Assembly: GCF_006345805.1 (NCBI RefSeq)
Contig: NC_043004.1
Coordinates: 92,132,001-92,196,000 of the forward strand
Length of the DNA: 64,000 bases
Source: Octopus sinensis
Taxonomy: Eukaryota
Direction of reading: 5' to 3'
Shown: positions 8,920 through 21,210 of the stretch, piece after piece
Position numbering within the stretch: the stretch's first letter is position 1
Layout: each line of letters starts with the position of its first letter
Position numbers and translations under genes: made by a program
The notes under the pieces: model-generated
What the model saw: only the letters and a program-made list of their open reading frames with translations
Told to the model about the DNA's origin: nothing
The model's database searches: none

Positions 8920-11900
8920 TGGCCATCCATGCACGTCATCAAATAACCAAAAGAAAAAGAATGAAAAATGGTCCAAGTTCTTACGGCCTTCTACCATGCC
9001 ATATATTTCCTCATAGATAAACCTAATACTGTACAAACCTACTTAAACTGAAGACAGAAACTCCCTGAAGTAAGACCCTACATAGACAGTAACAAACTTG
9101 CCAACGTCAGAAGAAACATTATAAAAAAAATTATTGACTGAAGTAGAGATTGACCAAATTAAACAAGCAGTAACGGATAAAAAGAATGAAACTGCAGCTA
9201 AAGAAGATAATGCTGAAGAAACAATTATAGATCAGCCCAGGGCTGATAAAAACGCAGTAAGGATTGAAAGAGTTAGTATAATTGATAGGCAAAGTGAAAT
9301 ACTCCCTGAACCAATCATAAACACTAAGACAGAGGAACATCAAATAGATGAAGAAAGTCACACAAATATTGACCCAACAGAACTACATGAGCTAAAAAAT
9401 CAAATCATGATTGAATGGCTGATAATTAAAGAAACCAGTATGGATGAACGTGATACACTCCCTAAAATCCGCAACTCTAACCAAAACATGAAAATAATTG
9501 GTAAAACTCCGCCTTGCACTTAAGGATATAATTTCAGCTAAGGATTTGGATATCACAGATCTCAACCACCTGTACTATGCATCCGCGAAATCTCAACGAT
9601 TCTATGTGGTGAAAAGATTAGAAAACGGCAATATTCCCACAAAAAGACTTCTTGGCAAGAGCGTATCCAACAACAAGTTAAACTACTTAGGTCTGACATT
9701 GAATGTTTGAAACACCTTAAGGTTGACAAGACCACCAAACCTACAAAAACCCAAAAATTAAAGACAAAATATAATATGAAAACTATACTTGATATTGATG
9801 TCACCATAGAAACCATCAAGCAAACGGTATCTGCTAAAGCTGCCTGCATAGCGTGGTATGAAAAGCGAATTAGATTCTTCAAGGACAACAACATGTTAAA
9901 AAATAACCCCAAACGTTTTTACAGGAAGATAGGGAAAACACCAGTTACTGTAAAGTCTGTACCATCAAAAGAAGAAGTGCAGAGATTTTGGAATAAAATT
10001 TGGGCAGAAGAAAAAACACACAACCAAAAGGCCCCTTGGATTGATAGAATATCTACAGACTTGGACTCCTTAGAGGAGCAAAAGTGGGAGAGTGTCAAGG
10101 TAGAAGATATAAGATCTGCTCTCAGGAGGTCAAGCAAATGGAAGTCTCCAGGAAAGGATAACATTCCTAACTTCTTGTTGAATGCCTTCCCAGAATTTTA
10201 CAATGATGTTTTGCAACACCCTAGTAGGATGCCTCCTTGGCTAGTAAATGGCTTAACATTCCTGCTTCAAAAAAGTGAAGAAACAAATGAACCAAAAACC
10301 CATAGACCTATAACCTGCTTAACAGCTATGTATAAAACGCTGACATCTGTCCTGACGGAATATACCTATAGTTTTTTAATATATAGCAGCAAATTTTCTG
10401 ATGAGCAAAAAGGATGTAAACGTGGATCCTATGGTTGTAAAGATCAGCTACTCATCAATAAGATGATCTTAGAAGATTGTCACAAACGACACAAAAACTT
10501 GTCAATAGCCTGGATAGACTATAAAAGGGCTTTTGATAACCTGCTACATAGCTGGATTAAGAAATGCCTGGAAATGTATAAAATAGTGCCTACTCTGCGA
10601 AACTTTTTGTCTCTAAGTATGAGATCATGGAGAAGAACACTAACTTTGAACAGTGACGATGAATCTCTAAATGCTGGTGATGTAAACATCTCATGCGGCA
10701 TTTTCCAGGATGACTCACTATCACCACTCCTCTTTTGTTTAGCCTTCCTCAAAATTGCTCAATGACGCATAGTACGGATATAAAATGCTTGATAAAAATA
10801 TAAATCATCTCATTTACATGGATGATTCAAAGCTCTTTGCAAAAAATGACCAACAACTCAAGGGCTTACTAGCGATTGTTAAACAATTCAGTGACGACAT
10901 CAGAATGCAATTTGGCCTCGATAAATGTGCAAAAGCTACATTTATCAAAGGAAAAATGACAGAAACATCTAACGTTAACCTTGACCAGCAGAATGTCATA
11001 AAAGAGTTAGACCCAGCGGAGAGCTACAAGTACCTAGGGGTAATTGAAGGGGACGGAATAAGGCATTCAGTGATGAAGGAAAGGATCAGGAGAGAATATT
11101 ATAGCAGAGTAAGAGCAATACTCAAGACAGAGCTGAATGCGAGAAACAGGATCGAAACGATCAATGCTTTAGCCATACCAGCTGTGACTTACAGTTTGAA
11201 TATCGTTAACTGGTCAGTTACTGAAATATGTAATCTTGACAGAAAAATACGAAAACTGTTGACAATGCATAGAATGCCCCACCCTAAGGCAGATATAGAA
11301 CGACTTTATCTGCCAAGAAAAGAGGGAGGCCGTGGACTTTTACAACTGGCAATAACAATGAAGATTGCTACAATTGGTCTCGACTCCTACCAGAAAAACA
11401 CTGAGGACTGGATGTTAAAACTTATCTCAAAACATGAAAACAAGAAAGCATCGAACTCAGTAACAAAACAGGCAAAGGAATATCTAAGTGAATTCCGAAT
11501 ACAACAACTTTCGGAATTAGACATACAAGAAACAAACACAGAAAAAGCTAAACGCATGAAAACCCGTGCTAAAACTGCTGCCTTAGATATTATGATTGAT
11601 AAATGGCAAGAAAAAACCTCTCAATGGCAAATACCCAAAGAGAGTGAATAATGCAGATGTTGACAAAGCCCTGACCCATCAATGGCTAATGGCTTCTGGC
11701 TTAAAATTTGAACCAGAAGGGTTTATCATAGCAGCTCAAGATCAATGCCTACCTACAAGGAACTATCAGGCCAACATATTAAAGAACGTGTATGTAAACA
11801 ACAAAATGAAACCATTGATCATGTTGTCTCCAAGTGCAGTCTTCTTGCGCCTACAGAGTATCTCAACAGGCATGATAGAGCTGCACAATATATTCACTGG

Positions 11901-12535
11901 GTAATTTGCAAAAGCCTGGACTTGCCCCATGATAAAAACTAGTGGGAACACAAACCACCTCCAGTGCTTGAAAATGACGACATCTCACTCCTCTGGAACT
12001 TCACCATTCAAACTGACAGAAAGATAGATGTGAATAGGCCAGGCATCATACTCAAAGACTTCAGACAAAAACATGCCTCCTCATTTATATGACTGTCCCA
12101 ATCGATATAAACGTATCTGTCAAGACCTACCAGAAACTGAGCAAATATAAAGATCTGGAAATAGAAATCAGCAAAATGTAGAACCTGAAAACTAAAACAA
12201 TACCTGTTGTCATAGGTGCCCTGGGAATGATAGCAAAAAAGCTTGATTGCTACCTAACTCAGATACCAGGAAACCCCAAAATGGCAGAAATTCAAAAGAT
12301 ATTGCTCATGGGAACTGCTCATTTCCTACGCAAAATACTTTCTATGTAATCTCAAGTTTTAAAGCAAACAATTTTCGTATAGTTTTTTTTAGACATTCAC
12401 TATTACAACACTAAGTACAAAACCAAATATATGGCACCCTAGGCATAACACCAACATGAACTTTCAACTTGTCTCTTGAGGTCTCTGGGTGAGACTTGGA
12501 GCCAACTTGTACAAATGTAAAGCAAAAGAAAACAG
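8920..12535 (+). mobile_element. Near-full-length, disrupted R4/Dong-clade non-LTR retrotransposon (RT + CCHC + restriction-like endonuclease)
   Basis: Broken single ORF (pieces 9134-9523, 9498-9710, 9707-10765, 10785-11651, 11745-11942, to stop 12347-12349). Motifs: WKSPGKDNI, HRPITCL, IDYKRAFD, GIFQDDSLSPLLF, HLIYMDD, YKYLG, CKQQNETIDHVVSKC, RHD, LWNFTIQTDRKIDVNRPGI, IPVVIGALG. 3' UTR runs into (TAA)n at 12536. Confidence 0.92.
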
Positions 12536-12545
12536 AATAATAATG

Positions 12546-12605
<60 letters not shown>

Positions 12606-12606
12606 C

Positions 12607-12653
<47 letters not shown>

Positions 12654-12720
12654 CAGTACCATGTGAGGGCTCTCATGGTTCCTGACGACGACGACGACGC
12701 TGATGATGATGATGATAATA
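12536..12720. repeat. (TAA)n(TGA)n tail/target microsatellite with (GAC)n/(GAT)n extension
   Basis: Direct inspection. Confidence 0.9.
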
Positions 12721-12721
12721 T

Positions 12722-13193
12722 TTTGTCTTGGTATAAAAGATGGGCTACAGCAAATATTCTGTTCAACACAACAAATTTGTTTATCAGTTGCTTGACCATA
12801 GCCAGTTGAACATGTTCCTTGATGGCTGATGATATGTGCATCTCTGATAGTAGTGGCGGGGGTGGGCATCATAGCCATGTGTTGACAGGAATTCTTTGGA
12901 GTTTGAATAATTCAGCTCTGAAAATATGGTATTTTTTTCAACATCCTCAAACAACCCTTATTCAGGGAACTTTCGAGCGGGATGGGCCACTCGACTGGAA
13001 GAAAATTCTAACTAGGTCCCACCTGCAAGGTCATGCGTTGTTTATCTTGATATGATTTCACCATGTCGCGCACATATGGTTGTAAGGCATGTGACTGGTG
13101 TACCCTTATCAGACGGGTAGTCATGATGGGTATACTGGGCTTCGTATATTTTACCCCACTGTCATTTTGATGGCATGTGATGCTCCCTCACAT
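12722..13193 (+). mobile_element. Family-E ~470-bp non-coding repeat, copy 1
   Basis: Homologous to 13210-13649 and to 58609-58915 (-); ends in (AAT)n. Confidence 0.75.
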
Positions 13194-13209
13194 AATAATG
13201 ATAATAAAT

Positions 13210-13649
13210 GTATAAAACATGGCTACAGCAAATATTCTGCTTAATACCAAAGATTTGCTTAACTAGTCGAGCACACCTGGCAATGTGTATCTCTGGTCCC
13301 GAGCAGAAGTAGTAGGGATGCATCATGGTCATGTGTTGAGAGGAATTCTTTGCGGTTTGAATGATTCACCTTTGGAAACATGGGTGTTTCTTTCAATATC
13401 CTTAAACAACCCATATTCATGGACCTTTAGAGCGGGATGGGCTGCTCGACCAGACGAAAATTCTAACTGGGCTCCACCTGCAAGGTTATGCGCTGTTTAT
13501 CTTGATATGAGATCACCATGTCGCGCACATATGGTTGTGATGCATGTGCCTGGTGTACCCTTATCAGACGGATAGTCGAGATGGGTATATTGGGATTTGT
13601 ATGTTTGCACCTCTGTGTCATTTTGATACCATGCACAGCTCTCTCACTC
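13210..13649 (+). mobile_element. Family-E repeat, copy 2 (tandem to copy 1)
   Basis: Shares 'ggctacagcaaatattctg', 'gagcgggatggg..ctcgac', 'catgtcgcgcacatatgg' and 'gtacccttatcagacgg'; followed by (AAT)n. Confidence 0.75.
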
Positions 13650-13718
13650 AATAATAATAATAATAATAATAGTAGTAGTAGTAGTTGTAGTAGTAGTAGT
13701 AGTTGTAGTAGTAGTAGT

Positions 13719-13774
<56 letters not shown>

Positions 13775-13775
13775 T
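13650..13775. repeat. (TAA)n(TAG)n microsatellite
   Basis: Direct inspection. Confidence 0.95.
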
Positions 13776-13959
13776 TAATAAGGCCATCAATTATAAGGGT
13801 CGGGGATAGCCGATTTCATCGACACCAGTGCTCAACTGATGCTTTTTTTATGAAAGACGGTGGCATTTTAACGCAAAGAGTCAGAGGAAATGCTGTTATG
13901 CATTTTGTTCGACCGCAATAACAATTCTGCTACCTTAATAATGATGATGATGATGATGA

Positions 13960-13992
<33 letters not shown>

Positions 13993-14059
13993 TCATGATT
14001 ATGATCAGGAAGGGGAGGAGGAGGAATGCCATCCACAGAATCGATCATTTCTTAGAATC

Positions 14060-14700
14060 TGACAAAAGCAGAATATGTGCTGTGTTAGTGATACGACATA
14101 TTTTAAGCGAATGTGGTAAATTCATCCAGAGGGAATACACGACGACATAACATTGTCGACAGAACGATTCACTGAGAATTAAGTAAAAAGTTTGAATCAC
14201 AAAAAGCAGAAAAAATGGTACGAACATGACCCAAAGTGTCTGGGAGAAAATGACAGAGCAGAGATATCTTGGGATTTTATGATCAAGGATACACGATGTT
14301 GTTCGGGTAGACAGGAGGTAAAATCGTGAATGATTATAGACATCGGGCTCCCAGAGGACAGCAGAATCATTGGAAATGAAATAGAAAAACTTACGTGGTA
14401 TGAAGTACTGAAGAGGAAAATCAAAAAGTTATGATCAATGAAAAAAAGTGTACATAGTGCCAGTATTTGATGATGCCTTAGTTAACGGTAGCAAAGTAAT
14501 TAAAAAGTGGTTAGATAAGATAGGCAAAAAAATTGTAATAGATCACATCGAGAGAGTAGCATTTACTTGGCAGTGCCAGGAGTCTCAGCAAAATCCTCAT
14601 GACTTGAGAAAGACGATACTCTCTTAGTTCTACATAAATACCATCTGGGCTTGTACATTAATGAAACCTCCAGTAACATACCCAGAATGCCAAATATAAT
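14060..14700 (+). pseudogene. Second, divergent R4/Dong-type 3' fragment (CCHC + RLE)
   Basis: Translates as IRHILSECGKFIQREY.RRHN...KWYEHDPK...ISWDF...IIDIGLPEDSRIIGNEIEKLTWYE...; ends near an ataataat run. Confidence 0.75.
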
Positions 14701-15312
14701 AATCGTTTCTGTTATAGGCACAAAGCCTGCAATTTTGGGGGAAGAGGTCGAGTCAATTACACCGACCCCAGTGTTTCATTGATACTTAATTTAGTAAATT
14801 TAGTAAAGTCGACCTCGGCGGTTTGAACTCAGAACGTAAAGACGAACGAAATGCCGCTAAGCATTTTTCCCGGAATTCTAACAATTCTTTTCTGCTCTAG
14901 GCGCAAGGCCCGAAATTTTGGGGGAGGGGGCCAGTCGATTGGATCGACACCAGTACGTAACTGGTATATAATTTATCGATCCCGAAAGGATGAAAGGCAA
15001 AGTCGACCTCGGCGGATTTCGAACCCAGAACATAAAGACAGACGAAATATGGTTAAGCATTTCACCCGGCGTGCTAACGTTTCTTATTTCTTTATTGCCA
15101 CAAAGTGCTATACGTAGAGGGGAAAAACAACGACAGACATAGGGATTAAGTCGATTACATCGACCCCAATGCGTAACTGGTACTTGATTTATCGACTCCG
15201 AAAGGATGAAAGTCGCTCTAGGCGGAATTTGAACTCAGAACGTACCGGCTGATAAAATACGGCTAACCATTTCGCCAGGCGTGCTAACGTTTCTGCCGCT
15301 CGCCGCCTTCTG
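14701..15312 (-). mobile_element. Family-B trimer (B1-B2-B3)
   Basis: Three units with the same tail order and the same 'aaagaaataagaa(a/g)cgttagc' junction as the array at 3788-4610. Confidence 0.85.
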
Positions 15313-15459
15313 TCAAATATGATAATAATCACAAGTGCGTGTGATTAATTGGCAAAAGATATGACCATCCCCAAATATAACAATATCTGTGTAAACACGA
15401 TTTCACATCAGGTATCTTGTAAAACAAATAAATAAACGTTACAATGTGAACATTGGCCA

Positions 15460-15767
15460 GGTACAAGGGAAGGAACCAATCGACTACATTGACTCCACTG
15501 TTTCACTGGTACTTAATTTATCTACACTGAAAAGATTAAAGGGAAAGTCGACCTCGGTGGAATTTGAACTCAGAACGTAAAAACAAACGAAATGCCGCTA
15601 AGCATTTTTGCTCAGAATGCTAACGGTTCTGCCAGCTCGCCGCCTCAATAATAATAATAATAATAACAATAAGAACAATAATAATAATCATGATGATGAT
15701 AATCCTTTCTGTTATAGGCACAAGGCCCGAAATTTGGGAGAGAGGGATAGTCGATTACAGTGTTAAA
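15460..15767 (-). mobile_element. Family-B unit (15460-15648) plus B tail fragment (15700-15767), separated by (TAA)n
   Basis: 'ttctgccagctcgccgcc' head and 'ataggcacaaggcccgaaattt' tail. Confidence 0.75.
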
Positions 15768-16700
15768 TGAAATTCCGTGCATAGCATTTGAAAGAGATCG
15801 AAAGAGGTGGAAATCGGTTGGTGCCAAATCAGGAGAGTACGGCGGGTGTGGCTGCACTTCCCAGCCATGCTTTTGAATGGCGTCCTTGGTCATATTGGCG
15901 ATATGAGAGCAGGCGTTGTCGTGCAGCAGAAGAACTCCATGCTGCCGATTAGGTCTTTTCTCTTGAATAGGCGTGCTGAGTCGTTCCATCTGTTGAACAT
16001 AGAGTTCCGTGTTGACCGTTTGGTTCCGTTCAAGCAATTCGTAATGGATAATCCCTTCCCAGTCCCACCATACGCACAACATCGTTTTACGCGGATGAAA
16101 ATCTTGTTTCACGCGCGGTGTCACGTGTTTACGGAGGCTAAGCCATTCATATTGATGTACAGGCACCATTATTCGTCACCAGTAACGATTAGGTAAAGAA
16201 ATCGTTGCTTGTGTCCATGAGTTGAACGGGACGAGCAAGAAAACCAGCGGAGATTGTGGCTTATTGATTTTTGTTGTTATCACCTAAAGCATGCGGAACC
16301 CATGCTCCATACTTCTGAACCTTTCCCATCGAGTGAAGATGCTTCCCTATAGCAGTGTGGGAGCATTCCATTATCTCTGCCAGTTCCCTTGTCGTTTGAC
16401 GAGAAGTTTCGTGCAAAAGTTGGTTTAATCGCTCTTCATCGAACTCAACTGGACGGCCAGAACGAGGTGCGTCTTTGAGGACAAAATTTCTATTTTTGAA
16501 CTTGGCATACCAATCACGAGCGGTTCTTTCAGCTATGGCACCCTCTCCATAGGGAGCACAAATGTCGCGAGCAGCTTTTGCGGCTTTACACCTTGATTAA
16601 AATCAAAAAGAAGGAGGTATCGAAAATGCTCGTTTTTCTTAACTTGACATTCCATTTTAATGATCTGAAAATAATCAAAAACTAACTAAAATTAACTAGA
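15768..16700 (-). mobile_element. Mariner (DD34D-type) transposase relic, 3'-truncated
   Basis: ATG at 16655 (MECQVKKNEHFR...). Motifs KTMLCVWWDWEGIIHYELL, LLHDNA and HPPYSPDLAPTDFHLFRSL; frameshifts in the 5' half; cut by a family-B fragment. Confidence 0.9.
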
Positions 16701-16789
16701 AAAAAAAAAGATTCCAAAATAATCCAAAAATAGAATTCTCGAAAATAATAGATTCAAAAATGTAAAAATCGGCGGGAACTTAGCTGCCA

Positions 16790-16965
16790 ACCCAATACAA
16801 AGATGCAAAGATCTAAATATGGAGATTCTCAAAACGCGGCGAATGAAAACTACGACATCCGTTTTCATAGTGGTACCTGGGGTAATAAAGAAAGGAGCCG
16901 ACAAATTCAATGACATGATTCTAGGAAAACCATTCTTCAAAGAAATACTAAAATAAAAAAAAATA
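16790..16965 (+). pseudogene. Third R4/Dong-type RLE C-terminal fragment
   Basis: CKDLNMEILKTRRMKTTTSVFIVVPGVIKKGADKF aligns by eye to YKDLEIEISKM*NLKTKTIPVVIGALGMIAKK of the 8.9-12.5 kb element. Confidence 0.6.
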
Positions 16966-17568
16966 CCCTAATGGACACTGCACACATTTTACGAAGAGGA
17001 CTATCATAATAAATTTCATACTTAATAGAATGGAGCACTCATGTGTACTCGTTTTATCCAGTCAGAACACTTCTCAGCATTTATTCACTACAGGTGTCAA
17101 GTGGCTTCCACTAGATTAAATACACTAAAAAAAATTCATGATAAAAAAAATAATAAAGTGGTGTTCCAATACTAGAGTCGACATATTTGGCTATATCTCT
17201 TGGTGAAATTTGTGACATTGTGCCTGAAATAGAATAAAATATTATCTTCATTATTATTCGCGGCGGGCCTATCATGATGTCTTTCTCAGCGATTCTTCAT
17301 TTCCTGAAGAATTTGTATATTTCAACGTTAACTGAGAAGATGAAATTTTTCTCTTCACTTAGAATATACTAAGCAGGATACCATGAGCAAGCTTGGAGTT
17401 CTGATTTTAACCAAAATAAACGAGAAGGTTGGTTTTTATTTTAATTTTATATTTCTTTGGACATTTGTTGTATGTATTAGTGCCTTCAACAATAACAGAA
17501 AAGATACGCCCCGCGACATTAAAAGAATACTGAAAAAGCAAACCGTTTCCACAAAATAAATGAATAAA

Positions 17569-17739
17569 GGCGCAGGAGTGGCTGTGTGGTAAGTAGCTCG
17601 CTTACCAACCACATGGTTCCGGGTTCAGTCCCACTGCGTGGCATCTTGGGCAAGTGTCTTCTGCTATAGCCCTGGGCCGACCAATGCCTTGTGAGTGGAT
17701 TTGGTAGTCGGAAACTGAAAGAAGCCTGTCGTATATATG

Positions 17740-17770
<31 letters not shown>

Positions 17771-17990
17771 ATATGTTTGTGTGTCTGTGTTTGTCCCCCT
17801 AGCATTGCTTGACAACCGATGCTGGTGTGTTTACATCCCCGTCACTTAACGGTTCGGCAAAAGAGACCGATAGAATAAGTACTGGGCTTACAAAGAATAA
17901 GTCCCGGGGTAGATTTGCTCGACAAAAAGGCGGTGCTCCAGCATGGCTACAGTCAAATGACTGAAACAAGTAAAAGAGAAAAGAGAGAGT
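17569..17990 (+). mobile_element. Family-A composite SINE, full length
   Basis: Head, (TA)n(TG)n and 3' module all present and close to the other copies. Confidence 0.9.
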
Positions 17991-18623
17991 AAAGTTTTGG
18001 TTTTTATCACAAGATCAGAATGGGGAAAATATTGATATAATTACATAAAAAAAGTACGGACTATATTTTCGATAATCATAATATAAGCACAAGCATTATC
18101 GAATGGAGGTGCTCGTGAGGCAAGAATCCATTATTCGTGTTCGGCATTATGACAAAGTTATGTAAGCAAATGACATGCCATGCTTTCTCATTATTAGGGA
18201 ACGAGGAGAAAATAAATTACCTTTATTCGTTTAGCTAGAGGCATTGGGGGTGGGGCTTTCTAATTATCAGCAAAACAAAAGTTACAAGAACGACCTCCGA
18301 CCTCTGGGAAAAAAACTTTCCTCAAATGACTGGGTTAAATCATACAGGCCTTTTAAAAGTGTATGTAGTAAAAAGCAAAAGAAAAAAAAATAGTTTCTTC
18401 CCTTCACATAAATGAGTAGAGTCGAGACAGAGCACCCCACATCCTTCTCTGCCTATCTGTTCTGGAACCCAGTTTACGAAACAGTGTCCGTCGGTATCTG
18501 CATGACATTTACACGAGGCAAGATCGCACATTTTCTGAATATTCTTAGTTCAACATATGGTAACACTGTATTATCACTCTATCTAAATGTCTGTCATTTG
18601 AAATTCTTCTGTATGCTGTCGCT

Positions 18624-18660
18624 ATGTAATAAATAAGCCAACATGGCTTATTTATTACAT
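18624..18660. repeat. Perfect 17-bp inverted repeat with 3-nt loop
   Basis: atgtaataaataagcca-aca-tggcttatttattacat. Confidence 0.9.
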
Positions 18661-18740
18661 GTTTATACTATTTGTATATATTCACTTTTCCTTTTTACAC
18701 AATAATTAAAAGTGATTGACCCACCGCATTCGTTTTTAGG

Positions 18741-19250
18741 GCCCTCACCGGTTTGGATCAGTCGGAAGCTTTTGAGAGGTTCAACGATCGCTATTTGGAA
18801 GTCTTTCTCAAGCAATCGGTTTCAAAACTGTTTTCAGAAGCTGAAACACAGTTGGGCTCAGCAGTATTTATTCAATGGTCAGGGCGAAAAACATTGATGA
18901 CTCCTTATAATCCTTAGACTGACAGTGCTATCAAAAGCTTCTACTGGTTCGAGATAAACTGTACAGGTATGTAAGTGGCATCAGGAAAGACTACCCAATG
19001 TGTACGCATAGTGATGTGTCCTCTGCATGTGCTAGTGGAGAACCAAGGACTGATCTGGCTAAGGTACGAGTGTAGAATAAAGATAACCACGCTGCCTTTT
19101 ATTAATCGAACAGAGTAGGGAGATTGTTTTCTCTCTTCTCTGGTGGCTTTGGCGATTAGAGAAAGAAATGCGAATTTGACAAAAGACTTCGCTTACTATG
19201 GCGGACATGGTTAGACTGAATGAACCATTCTAAGCATGTGCCTGTACGTC
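18741..19250 (+). pseudogene. L1/Tx1-type RT remnant
   Basis: 18741-18845 translates ALTGLDQSEAFERFNDRYLEVFLK.IGFKTVFRS* (LDQSKAFDRVDH motif); the downstream part is uncertain. Confidence 0.5.
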
Positions 19251-19388
19251 TTGCTCTTGATGGTCAGAATGATCTTAGATGAAACAAAATCCTGTTTCAG
19301 GAGGAAAGTATTATTCATTTGGATGCTATGTAAATTTATTATCTCATTCCCTCTCTTTGTTTTCTTTCCGTTTTTCTTCCTCACCTAA

Positions 19389-19785
19389 TCTTTATATATA
19401 AAGTCAAGTTGTGTGTCTGTCTCCTACGATTTAGATTCCTAACTACTCCCACATTTTGCGGTGCAGTTTAACCAAAACCGGGTATCTTATAGTCGTGATT
19501 CATATCAAGCCCTTCTGGGTATTAGCGCGCGTCTACAATGAGTCTACGATTTTAAAAATAATTTACTATCATTTTTTTCCATTTTAATGCATTTTTTCGC
19601 TATTATATAAGGGAAGTAGCTCTCTAAAAATGTCTACGATGAGTCAACGATTTAAAAAAAAAATTACCATCATCTTTTTTCCATTTTTAATGCATTTTTT
19701 TGCTATTTTTTGGCTATAACTCTCTAAAAATGCTTATATAGTTATTTCCCTTACAAACCCGAGCAACGCCGGGCGATACTGCTAG
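19389..19785 (+). mobile_element. Non-autonomous Helitron with internal ~100-bp tandem duplication
   Basis: 5' TC after A (19388), 3' CTAG (19782-19785) before T, and subterminal hairpin cccg-agcaacgc-cggg (19758-19773). Duplicated units at 19531-19631 and 19632-19731. Confidence 0.82.
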
Positions 19786-19944
19786 TGTTATATAAATCGC
19801 AACAATATATGGGACCCGCTTTTGTAAAGTTCATTTCATCCGACGCCCTCGGTGGCAAATAAAGAAAATTAAGTAGTCCTAAGGGTAACGGATTGGTAGA
19901 ATTATTAGATTGTTCGAGTAAAATATCTTGTAGGATTTTGTTTG

Positions 19945-20290
19945 ATGTTTTACATTGTGAATTCAAATCCCGATGAGGTCACTCTTGACTTTTCTCCTTC
20001 CGTAATAAATAAAATAACATAACAGTCATGAATCTTCTGTTCGATTTAATCAATTTAGCCTTGTTTTTAAATTTATGACTAGTTAGAAACCATCCTCTCT
20101 AGTATCAGAATTAATTTTAAGGCAGCGAGCTGGCAGAAACGTTAGCACACCAGGCGAAATGTTTAGCGAGGTCGACTTTACCTTTCATCCTTCCGGGTGT
20201 GATAAAATGAGTACTAGTTGACCCCTGGCACTGATGTAATCGATTTATCTTCTCCTGCAAAATTGCTGACCTTACACCAAAATTTGCAAT
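19945..20290 (+). mobile_element. Family-B fragment plus full family-B unit (20120-20290, internally deleted)
   Basis: 'aaggcagcgagctggcagaaacgttagcacaccaggcgaaatg' head and central domain. Confidence 0.75.
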
Positions 20291-20514
20291 CATTATTATG
20301 ATTGTCTTTCATCTGTTACTTATTTCAGTAGCACCGTATTATTTGCACAGATCAACCCTAGTATTCACTTTTAAGTCCGGTACTTATTCTACGAGGATTT
20401 AAGCAAACCAACACCGGCTATAAATGTAAAGTGGTTGGGGCAGAATACACACACACAACTACTGGATTTATTGAGTATTTAAACAGATTGTCTGGTATTA
20501 GACAAACTGATGCA

Positions 20515-20565
20515 GACACCTCTGATGAGAATTCAATGATAATCGAAAATCGATTAAGGCTGTTC
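20515..20565 (+). ncRNA. Degenerate minimal type-I hammerhead motif
   Basis: acacct-CTGATGA-G...C-GAAA-a(tcga)t-TA-agg(c)tgt. Intact core, palindromic stem III, imperfect stems I and II. Confidence 0.45.
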
Positions 20566-20624
20566 ATTATTTATTCAATCAATGAAGAAATGAGTTAATT
20601 TGTCCTTTTTATATATCTACTACA

Positions 20625-20782
20625 TAGATGTTGTGTTAAGAAGCTTGCTTCTCAACCACATAGTTCCAGGTTCAGTCCCACTGCGTGGCACCTTGATCAA
20701 GTGTCTCCTACTATAGCTTTCGGGACAATCAAAGCCTTGTGAGTAGAATTGGCTGCCGGAAACTGAAAGAAGCCCGTCGTAC

Positions 20783-20832
<50 letters not shown>

Positions 20833-21210
20833 CTATGTGTTTCTATGTCTCTGTTTGTCCCCCGCCACCACTTGGCAACTGGTGGTGGTGTGTTTACGTA
20901 AATAGCGGTTGCGCAAAGAGACCGATAGAATAAATAGTAGGTTTCAAAAATAAGTCCTTGTGTCGATTTGGTCGACTTAAAGCCCTTCAAGGCGGTGCCC
21001 TGGCATGGCCGCAGTCGAATGACTGAAACAAGTAAATATCTACACACACACAGATCAGGCTTTCACATGGTTACTATAAACCAAATTCACTTACATTGGT
21101 CAGCCCTGTGCCATAGTGGAGGACACTTGCCCACGGTGGTGCGCATTGGGACTGAATCCATAAGCACATGTTTGTAAAGCGAGCCTCTTAACTTCACGTC
21201 CGTACCCGCT
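20625..21210 (+). mobile_element. Family-A SINE (+, ~20625-21037) followed by an A-head fragment on the minus strand (~21055-21210)
   Basis: Homology to the other A copies. Confidence 0.8.

Noticed and set aside
12735-12815. Pseudoknot-like pairing at the 5' end of family E (ggcta/tagcc, tgttcaac/gttgaaca) as an HDV-like ribozyme
   Set aside because: No P1.1, P4 or catalytic C segment, and the pairing is not conserved in copy 2.
17000-17480. Possible Tc1-like remnant on the minus strand
   Set aside because: Only a few weakly matching residues; no TIR or DDE motif supportable.
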